NCBI GenBank assembly: GCA_963704435.1
Contig: OY969902.1
Span: 136,949-200,948 of the forward strand
DNA length: 64,000 nucleotides
Direction of reading: 5' to 3'
Origin: an uncultured archaeon
GTDB taxonomy: Archaea; Micrarchaeota; Micrarchaeia; Micrarchaeales; CABMGC01
Every line of letters begins with the position of its first letter. Positions within the stretch are counted from its first letter, which is position 1. A program made the position numbers and the translations under genes. Under the pieces are notes generated by a model, which saw only the letters and a list, made by a program, of their open reading frames with translations, ran no database searches and was not told where the DNA came from. Of this stretch, positions 35,001-45,400 are shown in pieces.

Positions 35001-35285
35001 ATGAACATGAAGAAACTGCACAACGCAGCGGTAAGGCTGCACAATTTCAACAAGGCCACCCACAGTGGTTGGGAGACGTACATCAACCCATACCTCTCGA
35101 TGATATGGTACATCTCCATACCCGAGCTCATAATGGCGAAGTTCTTCCCCGACCTTCTGGCCAGCGCCACGCTGCTGGCCGTAGTCTCGTTCGCGGCCAT
35201 GATAGTCCTCAGCTATGCGCTAGGTAAGAGGCACGAGCACTTCGACAGGTATGCGAAGGCGCAGGGAAAGGGCAAAGGACGCTGA
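35001..35285 (+). CDS. small membrane protein (94 aa)
   Basis: One clear TM (LLASATLLAVVSFAAMIVLSYAL) and a basic C-terminus. No motif recognised. Confidence 0.4.
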   Translation: MNMKKLHNAAVRLHNFNKATHSGWETYINPYLSMIWYISIPELIMAKFFPDLLASATLLAVVSFAAMIVLSYALGKRHEHFDRYAKAQGKGKGR

Positions 35286-35371
35286 TGCGGAGAGCAGGGT
35301 GCCCCTCCTCGGCGAGCGAAGCGTCAGAGTAAACTTATATAATTAATTGGCGAGAGTAATACATCAGGAAA

Positions 35372-37384
35372 GTGCCTGGCGGCATGGGACCGGATTTTAT
35401 GAGAAGATTCAAGACCACCGAAGAGATAAAAATCCCAGACAAGCTCATAGACCAGGTCATCGGCCAGGAGCGCGCCGTCAGGATGGTCAAGAAGGCCGCC
35501 AACCAGCGACGCAATATCTTATTAATAGGCGATCCAGGAACGGGAAAGACGATGCTGGCGCAGGCCATGGCGGAGCTCAGGCCGCCAGCTGACCTCGAGG
35601 ACGTGCTCGTCTACAAGAACCCGAACAACGAGAACATGCCACTCGTCAAGACCGTGAAGACCTATCCCAACTACGACCCGAGCAAGCCGCTCGGAGACGG
35701 CCAGGGCAGGCAGATCGTGCAGAAGGAGAGGGTCAGGGGCAGGACCGAGGCCAACCAGTCCAGGCCGAGCGCGCTCCCGATAGTGATCGCGATAGTGGTG
35801 ATCCTGTTCTTCGTATCGCTCACGAGCCTGGTAAAGGGATACGAGACCATAGTGCTCGCAGCCCTGATGCTCGGCGTGCTGATATTCGGGGCCGCGATGC
35901 TGTTCGTGGGGGGATTCAGGCGCGTAGGGGGGATGATGCCCGGGCTGTTCGAGTCCGGCGAGCCGAAGCTGATAGTCGACAACACGGGGATGACGCACGC
36001 GCCGTTCATAGATGCGACGGGCTCCAAGGCGGGATCCCTCTTCGGGGACGTCAAGCACGATCCCCTGCAGAGCGGCGGGCTCGGGACGCCGCCCCATCTG
36101 CGGGTCGAGAGCGGGGCGGTGCACAGGGCCAACAAGGGAGTGCTGTTCATAGACGAAATAGCCGACCTGGAGCCCAAGTCGCAGCAGGAGCTGCTCACTG
36201 CGATGCAGGAGAAGAAGTGCGCGATAACCGGGCAGAGCGAGCTCAGCTCAGGCGCGATCGTCAGGACGGAGCCGGTGCCCGCCGACTTCCTGCTCGTCGC
36301 CGCAGGCAACCTCATGGACATACAGAAGATGCATCCTGCGCTGAGGTCCAGGATAAGGGGCTACGGGTACGAGGTCTACATGGAGTCCACCATGAAAGAC
36401 ACTCCCGAGAACAGGGAGAGGATAATAAAGTTCATAGCTCAGGAGGTGAAGAAGGACGGCAGGATACCGCCATTCGAATATGACGCGTGCATGGCAGTCA
36501 TCGACGAGGCGAAGAGAAGGAGCGGAAAGAAGAACAGCCTGACGCTGATACTCAGGGACCTCGGCGGGGTCATAAGGGCCGCAGGGGACATAACCGTGGA
36601 GCGGGGCGGAAAGGTCGTTACCGCCAAGGACGTGCTGGATGCGCTAGAGCTCGCCAAGCCCATAGAGGCGCAGTACGCGGAGCAGATGCTGGAGTACACC
36701 AAGGACTACAAGGTGTTCAGCAACACCGGGTTCGCGATAGGCAGGGTGAACGGGCTTGCGGTGCTCGGGGCGGCCGCCACGTCCACAGGAATAATAACCC
36801 CCATCGCGGCGGAGGTCACGCCCGCGAGCTCGAGGTCAGAGGGCAAGCTGATCGCGACGGGCAAGCTGGGCAAGATAGCGCAGGAGGCGGTCAAGAACAT
36901 AAGCGCGATAATAAAGAGGCACATGCACAGGGACATGGCCAGCTACGACGTGCACGTGCAGTTCATACAGACCTACTCCGGGGTCGAGGGCGACAGCGCC
37001 AGCGTGTCCGTTGCGGTGGGCGTCATCTCGGCGATGGAGGGCATACCGATAAGGCAGGACGTCGCGATGACCGGCTCGCTGTCAGTCAGGGGAGCGGTGC
37101 TGCCCGTGGGGGGGATAACCGCGAAGGTCAACGCCGCGCTCGACGCGGGCATGAAGTACGTGATCATACCGAGGAGCAACAAGGACGACGTCTACATAGA
37201 CAAGAAGAGGCTCAGGAGGATAAAGGTGCTATACGCCAACAACATCGCGGACGTCCTCGAGTACGCGCTGAAGAAGAGCAACAGGGGCCGCGCGATAATA
37301 AGGGAGCTGAGGCACTACATGACGACGGACTACAGGGAGAAGGCGCCGCTAATAGTCAACGCGCAGGGGGGGGTGGTCGAATGA
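35372..37384 (+). CDS. lonB: archaeal membrane-bound ATP-dependent protease LonB
   Basis: Walker [14 protein letters not shown] insertion ([17 protein letters not shown]...[18 protein letters not shown]) inside the AAA+ module. Walker B VLFIDEI. Protease domain [16 protein letters not shown] and [16 protein letters not shown]. Confidence 0.9.
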   Translation: MPGGMGPDFMRRFKTTEEIKIPDKLIDQVIGQERAVRMVKKAANQRRNILLIGDPGTGKTMLAQAMAELRPPADLEDVLVYKNPNNENMPLVKTVKTYPNYDPSKPLGDGQGRQIVQKERVRGRTEANQSRPSALPIVIAIVVILFFVSLTSLVKGYETIVLAALMLGVLIFGAAMLFVGGFRRVGGMMPGLFESGEPKLIVDNTGMTHAPFIDATGSKAGSLFGDVKHDPLQSGGLGTPPHLRVESGAVHRANKGVLFIDEIADLEPKSQQELLTAMQEKKCAITGQSELSSGAIVRTEPVPADFLLVAAGNLMDIQKMHPALRSRIRGYGYEVYMESTMKDTPENRERIIKFIAQEVKKDGRIPPFEYDACMAVIDEAKRRSGKKNSLTLILRDLGGVIRAAGDITVERGGKVVTAKDVLDALELAKPIEAQYAEQMLEYTKDYKVFSNTGFAIGRVNGLAVLGAAATSTGIITPIAAEVTPASSRSEGKLIATGKLGKIAQEAVKNISAIIKRHMHRDMASYDVHVQFIQTYSGVEGDSASVSVAVGVISAMEGIPIRQDVAMTGSLSVRGAVLPVGGITAKVNAALDAGMKYVIIPRSNKDDVYIDKKRLRRIKVLYANNIADVLEYALKKSNRGRAIIRELRHYMTTDYREKAPLIVNAQGGVVE

Positions 37385-38472
37385 GCGACGCCAGGAAGAA
37401 GCTGGAGGAGATGGGGAAGGGCATAGTCTCAGACATCAAGTCGGGCAAGAACCCCAAGTTCGTCGCTGCCTCCAGGACCCGGAGCAACATAATCTACGAC
37501 AGGAAGAACGGATACCTCAAGCTCGGCACGGCGAAGGAGGAGAGGACGTTCGTGAACGTGGCCCAGGCCAAGAAGTTCATGCAGACCGTCGCGATAGCCG
37601 CGAAGTGCCACAGCTTCCTGGAGCAGAACCTCCACACGGCGATAAGGGGCCTCTTCTACCAGCTCAAGTTCACCCTGGGCGAGGACGTGGACGAGAACGT
37701 ATTCAGCGAGCAGGCGGAGTCGAACCCGCTGATAGAGGACCTCGAGGTTTCGCTCGGGGTCAAGAGGGAGGACCTCAACCTCTACGCGCAGAGGAAGGGG
37801 GTGCTCGCCGGGGCGATGAAGATCATAGACACGTTCGGCGGAGAGAGGGCGGAGATAGACTGCAGCAAGATGGGCAGGAGCGGCTGGGCCATACCGAGCG
37901 ACGTCGACAGCGAGATAGAGTTCGTGGACATAAAGGCGAAGTACGTGCTCGTCGTGGAGAAGGACGCGATGTGGCAGAGGCTTAATGAGGACAGGTTCTG
38001 GAAGAAGGAGAACGCGATCGTCATGACCCCGGGCGGACAGGCCGCGAGGGGAACCAGGAGGCTCATACGCAAGCTCGCGGACAAGGGGCTTCCCATCTAC
38101 GTGTTCACCGACTCGGACGCGTGGGGGTGGTACATCTACTGGACGATAAAGACAGGGAGCATAAACCTCGCGTACATCGGGGGCAGCGTCGCGACGCCGG
38201 AGGCGAGATTCATAGGCGTGACGATGTCCGACCTTGACAAGTACGATTTCCTGAACAAGCTCACGATAAACGCCACGGAGATGGACCTCAAGCGGGCCCA
38301 GGAGATGCTAGATTACACATGGATAAAGCAGCACAAGGAGTGGGTCGTCGAGCTCGAGCGGATGATAAAGAGCAAGAAGAAGCTCGAGCAGGACGCGCTG
38401 CAGGGCCAGAGGCTGACCTTCGTCGGAGAATACATAAAGGAGAAGATCTCGAAGAAGGAGTTCCTGCCATGA
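37381..38472 (+). CDS. top6A: DNA topoisomerase VI subunit A (Spo11 homologue)
   Basis: RGLFYQLK region with the catalytic Tyr context, and Toprim segment [13 protein letters not shown]...[17 protein letters not shown]...[19 protein letters not shown] 37381 overlaps the lonB stop (ATGA). The upstream 298 codons of the track ORF are an out-of-frame shadow of lonB. Confidence 0.9.
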   Translation: MSDARKKLEEMGKGIVSDIKSGKNPKFVAASRTRSNIIYDRKNGYLKLGTAKEERTFVNVAQAKKFMQTVAIAAKCHSFLEQNLHTAIRGLFYQLKFTLGEDVDENVFSEQAESNPLIEDLEVSLGVKREDLNLYAQRKGVLAGAMKIIDTFGGERAEIDCSKMGRSGWAIPSDVDSEIEFVDIKAKYVLVVEKDAMWQRLNEDRFWKKENAIVMTPGGQAARGTRRLIRKLADKGLPIYVFTDSDAWGWYIYWTIKTGSINLAYIGGSVATPEARFIGVTMSDLDKYDFLNKLTINATEMDLKRAQEMLDYTWIKQHKEWVVELERMIKSKKKLEQDALQGQRLTFVGEYIKEKISKKEFLP

Positions 38473-38482
38473 CCGGAACGTA

Positions 38483-38767
38483 TTAGGAAGAGGACGCTCT
38501 GTCCGGGATCGAACCGTCAATTGCGCTGTACCTTATATACACGCCATCATCTATTCCGCGCACTACCACGGTGCGTAAAACGCAAGGCTCGCGCATCGCG
38601 CTTGTAATCTTTTCCGTCAGCACTTCCGAAGTCATTTTTGCTGGCGTCAATTTTAAAAGGGGTACGAATTGCTCCCCCGGGCCGAGCTCGTCAGGGCCGC
38701 GCTTCGTATGTATGAGCTCCAAAGTAGTCCTATTTTTGATGGCTCCTATTTTGATTTTAGCACCCAC
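38483..38767 (-). CDS. hypothetical protein (94 aa), weak call
   Basis: GTG-initiated ORF downstream of the secretion ATPase, after a T6 run and TATA-like GCATATAAACG / CATAATTTACATAT. No motif. The region could instead be non-coding. Confidence 0.3.
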   Translation of the reverse strand: MGAKIKIGAIKNRTTLELIHTKRGPDELGPGEQFVPLLKLTPAKMTSEVLTEKITSAMREPCVLRTVVVRGIDDGVYIRYSAIDGSIPDRASSS

Positions 38768-38852
38768 TGCAATCGATATGTAAATTATGCATTTTGACGT
38801 TTATATGCATTTGCGTTAAAAAATTCCGCGCCCCGATGGCCTCGGAAAATGC

Positions 38853-40172
38853 CTACCAAGGGAGTGCTCCAAGGTTGCCCGCACCTATCTTCTCCAGCGC
38901 CTTCTGCGGGTTGTCGTAATAGTCCTTCACGAACGCGTTTATGCTCTTCATGTCCCTTATCCCCATGGCGTTGAGCCTCTCCAGTATCTTCCCCCGCCTC
39001 TGCTCCTCCGCGACTATCTCCGCTGGAGGGTAGCCGGTCAGCCTCGCGAGGCTGTCCCTGTACATCACGCTCGGGAGAATCTCAGAGCCCCTGTGCATCT
39101 TGTAGTCGTAGGAGTAGAGGTCCGACAGAAGTATCTGCGTCTCGACGCCCGCTATCTCAGAGACCTGAGTGACTTTCCTGACGAACTTGTTGCTCTCGTT
39201 GACCTGCGAGACCATTATGAGCGCGTCTATCTGCGGTATTATGTCCCTCGGCACGTTCATCGGCGCGTGCTCCAGCCTGACTATGACGTCCCTGGCGGTG
39301 CTTGCGTGTATGGTCCCCATCGCGATCTTGCCGACGTTCATGGCGGTCAGCATGTCGTGCGCCTCCTCGCCCCTGACCTCGCCTATGATTATGAGGTCGG
39401 GCCTCATCCTGAGCGCGTTCTTCACCAGGTCCTCCATGGGCACGTCGGGGCTCGTCTCGAGCCTGACGGTGTTCTCCTGCGTCTCCGTGTTGAGCTCGTA
39501 GGTCTCCTCTATGACCACGACCCGCTGCTCTGGCCTGAAGAGGCTGAACATCGCATTGAGAAGGGAGGTCTTGCCGCTGGCGGGCATTCCGCCTATCAGC
39601 AGGTTGGCAGGCCTGACCTTCAGCCCCTCTACGTACAGCCAGAACCTCCCGGCCATGTTGTAGGTCAGCTCCCCCAGGTTTATGAGGTCTATGATGCTAA
39701 GCGCGCTCTTCTTGAAGTTCCTGATCGTTATGTCGGCGCCTATCGGGGAGTCGACTATGTTGACCCTGGAGCCGTTCGGGAGGTGCACGTCGAAGATCTT
39801 CTTGTTCGCGACGGCAGTAGTGGCGTACATCTTTAGCTTCTTGACGAGCAGGTCCAGGTCCCTCTTGTCCCCGAACTTCTCGGGCGCCTTCACGTAGCCC
39901 TTTCCGGACTGGTAGAAGAAGATGTTCGAGGTGTTGTTTATCATGATGTCCTCGCAGGTCTCATCCGAGAGGTACTTGTTCAGGATCCCGAACGTGCGGG
40001 ATTCCGAGGTGAGCTTGGAAATGTCCTCCGCGCTCACGTCGGGCGCCATGGTCTTCGCGATGTCCGCTATGTACTTGTCCCTCTCCTCGGTGGTGGAGAG
40101 CTCGCTGAGCTTGCCCTCCAGCAGCCTGAACACCTGCGATTCAAGATTGAAGAGTTCATCAGCGTTCATCAA
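38853..40172 (-). CDS. type II/IV secretion-family ATPase (archaeal type IV pilus/archaellum assembly ATPase, PilB/ArlI/VirB11-like)
   Basis: Walker A GGMPASGKTSLLNAM, Asp box RVVVIEETYEL, Walker B PDLIIIGEVRGEEA, His box GTIHAS. Confidence 0.85.
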   Translation of the reverse strand: MMNADELFNLESQVFRLLEGKLSELSTTEERDKYIADIAKTMAPDVSAEDISKLTSESRTFGILNKYLSDETCEDIMINNTSNIFFYQSGKGYVKAPEKFGDKRDLDLLVKKLKMYATTAVANKKIFDVHLPNGSRVNIVDSPIGADITIRNFKKSALSIIDLINLGELTYNMAGRFWLYVEGLKVRPANLLIGGMPASGKTSLLNAMFSLFRPEQRVVVIEETYELNTETQENTVRLETSPDVPMEDLVKNALRMRPDLIIIGEVRGEEAHDMLTAMNVGKIAMGTIHASTARDVIVRLEHAPMNVPRDIIPQIDALIMVSQVNESNKFVRKVTQVSEIAGVETQILLSDLYSYDYKMHRGSEILPSVMYRDSLARLTGYPPAEIVAEEQRRGKILERLNAMGIRDMKSINAFVKDYYDNPQKALEKIGAGNLGALPW

Positions 40173-40260
40173 ACCAGCAGACTATATAAAAAAACATAAT
40201 TTATTAACTACATAGGCGAAGAAGGGGAGCGGCAGCGGTCCCTATGCTGTTCAGGCCTGC

Positions 40261-41151
40261 TCAGGGAGGGGTGTATCCCGTAAGCCACGAGCCGGAGTAG
40301 AGGACGTTCGTGGCGGATCCGCCGTCGTTGTTTCCGCTGTAGTCGTTCGGGTTGCCGTTGAGCGGCCACCACCCGACGATGTGATACGGGTCAATCGGCG
40401 CCGCGCCTATCCCCTTGATGTAGAGCGCCATCATCTGGTTCGCGTCAAGCGTGGTGTTATAGACCTGGAGGTCTGCGATGCTGCCACTGAAGAAATAGGT
40501 GGCGGCTGAGGCATATGTGCCTATAAAGGGGTTATAGCCGGAGGTAGAATAGATGTTTCCCGTAGCCGCTACTGTCGAGCCCAAAGGCGCGCCGTTCTCG
40601 TAGAAGTTGACAAAATAGCCATTGTAGGTCGCCGCCACCTGATACCACTGGTTTGCAGCAGGCAGCCCGGCAGTCGATGCGATATTGGCCCATGCGACTG
40701 AGTTCGCGTTGTATCGATAATATAAATCAGAACCACTAACCGCGAATTCATAGCCAGAATAGGAGCTCTCGTATCTTTGGTCGATTATGTCCTGAGTACC
40801 GCTTAATGTTGTGGGATTAATCCAAGCAGAGATGGTTATCGTGTTCGCGGGAAAAGTAGTGATTGACGATCCTCCCGTAAGCGTGACATAGCTGCTCTGG
40901 CCGTTGAACTGCGCGACCTGCTGCGGCAGGACACCGCCGCACGTGCCCTCGAGGTTCGCCTCGCCCGACGACCGGAATATCTTGCAGTTCCCCGGCGGTG
41001 CACGGGGGCCAATGTTCGACGATCCGAACGCGCCGACGCTGTAGAGCGCGCCCAGGATCACTGTGATTATGAGGATTGACCATCCGTAGGTCATCAGGTA
41101 CTCCATCGCGGACTGCGACCTGAGACTCTTAGGGGATTTGGAATCCAGCAT
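40261..41151 (-). CDS. archaeal type IV pilin-like protein (class III signal peptide) with LamG/concanavalin-A-like lectin domain
   Basis: N-terminus KSLRSQSAMEYLMTYGWSILIITVILGALYSVGAF. The C-terminal region is ITISAWINPTTLSGTQDIID...WYQVAATYNGYFVNFYENG...FFSGSIADLQVYNTTLDANQMMALY (LamG-type pattern). Confidence 0.75.
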   Translation of the reverse strand: MLDSKSPKSLRSQSAMEYLMTYGWSILIITVILGALYSVGAFGSSNIGPRAPPGNCKIFRSSGEANLEGTCGGVLPQQVAQFNGQSSYVTLTGGSSITTFPANTITISAWINPTTLSGTQDIIDQRYESSYSGYEFAVSGSDLYYRYNANSVAWANIASTAGLPAANQWYQVAATYNGYFVNFYENGAPLGSTVAATGNIYSTSGYNPFIGTYASAATYFFSGSIADLQVYNTTLDANQMMALYIKGIGAAPIDPYHIVGWWPLNGNPNDYSGNNDGGSATNVLYSGSWLTGYTPP

Positions 41152-41256
41152 GGGCTCACGAAACTATGTGAAGGAAAGGATAAAACCATATCGATGCACA
41201 TATCCTGATCCAATCTGCTGCATTGAGGCCCAGTCTCGAAGGTGGGAAATGCGCCT

Positions 41257-41736
41257 TCAGCTCACGCGCGCCACGACCTTTCCGAACGTGGAATTGAACG
41301 GCAACAGCGTAACAGCATCGGTATAGTTGATTATCACGTAGCCGCTGTAGCTGGCCCCGATCGGGACCGTGAACGGTGAGTTCGAGTTCAGGTAGCACTG
41401 CACGGTGAAAGTGTAGTTGGCTCCGATAGGCAGGTAGACCTGATTCCCGGCCGTGAAGGCCACCATGCCGTTGGCCGTTGTGGCGTTCTGGTTGCAGCCG
41501 AGCGCCGTCACGTTTATGGGGTCCTGCAGGGACTGCCTGAGGTTCAGCGAGAGCAGGCCGTTGGGCGCGATGAAGGAACTGATGCAGCTGAAGCCCGACG
41601 GGAAGGCGCACTCCTGCGCGTAGTACGTGCTGGGGCTGAACAGCCCGAACGAGTACAGGACACCCAGGATAAGGGCTATCAGTATGAAGGTCCAGCCGTA
41701 GGTCGTGATGTACTCTGTAGCGCTCTGCAGCCTCAT
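41257..41736 (-). CDS. archaeal type IV pilin-like protein (class III signal peptide)
   Basis: N-terminus MRLQSATEYITTYGWTFILIALILGVLYSFGLF has the same QSA(T/M)EY..TYGW motif as the neighbouring pilin. Confidence 0.7.
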   Translation of the reverse strand: MRLQSATEYITTYGWTFILIALILGVLYSFGLFSPSTYYAQECAFPSGFSCISSFIAPNGLLSLNLRQSLQDPINVTALGCNQNATTANGMVAFTAGNQVYLPIGANYTFTVQCYLNSNSPFTVPIGASYSGYVIINYTDAVTLLPFNSTFGKVVARVS

Positions 41737-41768
41737 GCTCTGTGGATATGATGGCCGGATTTATTAGC

Positions 41769-42419
41769 CTAATGCTTCGGGCCCGGCAGCGCCTCGTATA
41801 TCTCTGCGGCGCCCCTTACGAGCGAATACGTGACGACTATCGCGGTGAGCGCGTAGCCTATCCACGCGGGCCATCCAGATATGTACACGAGCGAGAGATA
41901 GATGAAGGCCAGCGTCTTGGTGGTCATGTAGAGGCCGCGGCTCGCGCGCGACGACGCCACGCGTCCGAACTTGGTCTTCATCTTGGAGAAGCTCTTGCCC
42001 GCGGACATCGTGAGCGCGTCCGACAGTGAGTTGCGGGTGAGGAATATGAACACGACGAACAGCGGTATGACGCCGAGATACGCGAAGATTATCCAGAAGG
42101 TGTACTCGGTTATCCTGTCCCCGGCTATGTCCAGCGCGGCGCCGTACCTCGGGGGCTTGCTGGCCTTCCTGTCCTTCGGCGCCCTGATGCCCCTCACCTC
42201 CTTGCCGCTGTAGGAGAGGTAGCCACGCAGCGAAGGCGCGCTGCTCCTGGCAAGATAGCCGTCGACGTTGTCGAGAGCGACGATGAACAGTATCAGGAAG
42301 ATGACGAGGAGCGCGCTCGCCTTGACTATTATGAGGTAGCCTATGACGAAAGCCAGGGCCACCCGCAGGGCGGTCGCGAGGTCAGCGCTTCTCATCGAAA
42401 TCACATATAAGAGGTACAC
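41769..42419 (-). CDS. CDP-alcohol phosphatidyltransferase family protein
   Basis: Signature DNVDGYLAR...GAALDIAGDRITE (D-G-x2-A-R...G-x3-D-x3-D with an insertion). Multi-TM. Confidence 0.7.
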   Translation of the reverse strand: MYLLYVISMRSADLATALRVALAFVIGYLIIVKASALLVIFLILFIVALDNVDGYLARSSAPSLRGYLSYSGKEVRGIRAPKDRKASKPPRYGAALDIAGDRITEYTFWIIFAYLGVIPLFVVFIFLTRNSLSDALTMSAGKSFSKMKTKFGRVASSRASRGLYMTTKTLAFIYLSLVYISGWPAWIGYALTAIVVTYSLVRGAAEIYEALPGPKH

Positions 42420-42467
42420 AACATTTATAATGATAGAAACAGCAGTTACTTACGATTTCGGTGAGTC

Positions 42468-45400
42468 TTGGTGCTTGACCTTAGAAAGCGGGAGAAGGAG
42501 ATACTGGAGTACTGGAAGTCGCACGGGACCAACGGCGCGCTGAGGGAGAGGGGCAAGGGCGGGAAGCCCTTCTACTTCCTTGACGGCCCGCCGTACGCGT
42601 ACACCGAGCTGGCGTCGCACCACCTCTGGGTCTATTCGGTCAAGGACCTGATAGTCAGGTACAAGAGATACAGGGGATTCAGGGTGCACGACAGGCCCGG
42701 ATTCGACGTCCACGGGGTGCCCACCGAGAACAAGGTCGAGAGGAACCTCAAGATATCCTCAAAGGCCGACATCGAGAGCAAGATCGGCGTGGCGAACTTC
42801 ATAGGCGACTGCAGGAAGCTCGCGGAGGCGAACATCAGGAACGGGATTGAGACGCTAACGGAATTCGGGGTGTCGCTGGACTTCGAGAACGTCTACGTGC
42901 CATTCAGGAACGGCTACATATCGAAGGGCTGGGAGATATTCAAGACCATCTACGACAAGGGGCTGGTGTACCGGAGCCTCCAGCCGCTCGCGTACTGCCC
43001 CCACTGCGAGACCGTGCTGTCCGCGCAGGGGCCCGAGGTGGAGTACGCCGACGATTCGGATCCGTCGATATTCGTCGCCTTCAGGATCGTGAAGAGCAAG
43101 AGAAGCAAGGTCGACCTCGGAGCGGACGCGCATCTGGTGATATGGACCACGACGCCGTGGACGCTGCCGGCCAACATGGCGATAGCCGCGAACCCGAAGG
43201 CGCTGTACGTGGAGGTCAAGGGCGACTCCGCGACCTATGTGGTGGCCAAGGAGAGGCTTGAGGACTTCGCGGGCGCGGCGCGGATGAACGTGACGGTGCT
43301 GAAGGAGTTCTACGGGAGCGAGCTGGACGGGGTCAAGTACGTGAGCCCGCTTGAGGGCCGGATACCCGCGCAGAAGCGGTTCAGGAAGTACCACAAGGTC
43401 ATACTCAGCGAGACCTTCGTCACGGTTTCTGACGGGACTGGACTGCTCCATGTCGCGCCAGGGCACGGAATAGAGGACGCAAAGCTCGGAAAGGAGCGCA
43501 GGATACCCTTCTTCTCGCCTGTGGACGAGCACGCGAGATACACCAAGGACGCGGGCGAGTACGAGGGGCTGGCGATACCCGAAGGGGCGAACGAGAGGGT
43601 CCTCGGCGACCTCGCTCAGCTGGGCGCACTGCTGTTCAGGGGAGAGGTAAGGCACAGCTACCCGCACTGCTGGCGCTGCTCGAGCAAGCTGATCTACAGG
43701 TCCACAGAGCAGTGGTTCATAAACATACGCAAGATAAAACGCAGGATGATCGCCGCGAACGGCAGGGTCGCATGGCATCCCGCGCAGGGCGGCGCCTGGT
43801 TCGAGGACGCGGTCGAGAGCTCGCCGGACTGGAACGTGTCCAGGCAGAGGTACTGGGGCATACCGATGCCCATATGGATATGCGGATCCTGCGGGGACGT
43901 CGAGGTCATCGGATCGGCCAAGGCGCTCGCCTCGCGCGCCGGGCTGGAGAAGGAGCCCGCTGACCTGCACAAGCCGTCCGTCGACGCCATAGGCTTCAAG
44001 TGCGGCAAGTGCGGCGGCGCGATGAAGAGGATTCCTGACATCTTCGACGTCTGGTACGACTCGGGGATAGCTCACACCGCAAGCCTCACGGACGGCGAAT
44101 TCGCGGAGCTCTTCCCGGCGGACTGGATAACCGAGAGCCTCGACCAGATAAGGGGCTGGTTCAGCACGCTGATGAGGACGGGCGTGGCCGCCTACGGCAA
44201 GGCCCCGTTCAGGAGCGTGAGCATAGGCGGGATGCTCAAGGACGAGCTCGGGGACGAGATGCACAGGCACCTCGGCAACTCGGTCAGCGTGAAGGAGCTC
44301 CTGACGATGACGAGCGCAGACGGATTCAGGCTGTGGTGCCTGAGCCACCCGAGATGGCAGGACCTGAAGCTAAAGAAGCAGGAGATAGTCGCGTCCGACA
44401 GGGAGGTCATCACGCTGTACAACACGGCCGAGCTCGTGGGAGAGTTCGCGGAGACGGCGGGAGTCGACACTAGGGTAGCGAAGCAGCCTGCGCGGGGCCG
44501 GCTGAGCAAGGAGGACGCCTGGATACTTTCCAGGCTGAACTCGTTGATAGAGGAGACCACCCGGGAGCTGGACGCCTACGCGATAGACGAGGCCGTCAAC
44601 GCGATAAGGAACTTCGTGATCGAGGACTTCAGCAGGTTCTACCTGAGGCTGGCGAAGAGCAGGTTCTCCGAGGGCGGAAGCGCGGAGATGAGGCGTATCG
44701 CGAACATCACTGCGCACGTGCTGAGGAACACGGTGATCCTCGCGTCGGTCGTCGTGCCGTTCTCCTCAGAAGGGATATACCAGCAGCTGTTCAGCGCGAA
44801 CGGGGAGAGCGTATTCATGAGCGCATGGCCGAAGGCGCGCAAGGGCGCAGCAGACAAGGAGCTGGAACGGGAGTTCGGGATGGCAAAGGAGGCGATAACC
44901 GCGCTGCTGAACAGCAGGGAGAAGGCGAATGTCAAGCTAAGGTGGCCGCTCCCGAGCGCGACGATAGAGGTCAACGACCCAGTACTTCAGAGATCGCTCG
45001 AGAAGTTCTCCGACATGATCTGCGAGTACGCGAACGTGAAGCGCTTGGATTTCAAGATGGTGGAGGCGCTCGGCAGGGAGCTGAAGCCGGTCTTCACGAA
45101 GATCGGGCCCGAGTTCAAGGCGGACGCACAAACGGTTGCCGAGGCGCTCAGGAAAGAGGACGCGGACAAGGTCGAAAGGGAGGTCGCTGCCAGCGGCCAC
45201 TACTCATTGCACACGGACCGCGGACTCTTTGACATAAAGGCCGAGCACTTCACGGTGTCCGAGAAGCTCGAGAACCCGGACGCCGTGCCCTTCAAGCACG
45301 GAATGGCGTACGTCGACAAGCAGGTCAGCGAGGCGCTGATGGAGGAGGCGATGGTCAGGGAGTTCGAGCGCAGGGTCCAGCTCGCGAGGAAGGAGGCGGG

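Noticed and set aside
36487-37380. First 298 codons of the 661-aa track ORF that ends as Topo VI-A
   Set aside because: This part overlaps lonB out of frame and is R/G/H-rich nonsense. The recognisable Top6A sequence begins exactly at ATG 37381, overlapping the lonB stop.
38480-38575. tRNA-like fragments on the minus strand (GGTTCGATCCCGG T-loop-like and GCAC-CGTGGTA-GTGC D-arm-like segments)
   Set aside because: I could not fold a cloverleaf. The putative T stem has only 3 pairs (GACGG/CCGGA gives A-G and G-A mismatches). No complementary acceptor strands are present and there is no plausible anticodon arm, even allowing an intron. tRNAscan-SE/ARAGORN/SPLITS should be run before excluding a split or permuted tRNA.
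42855-44348. 497-aa ORF antisense to ileS (plus several shorter ones through 45746)
   Set aside because: The sense frame carries IleRS editing and zinc motifs over its full length. The antisense translation is R/P/G/L-rich without motifs.
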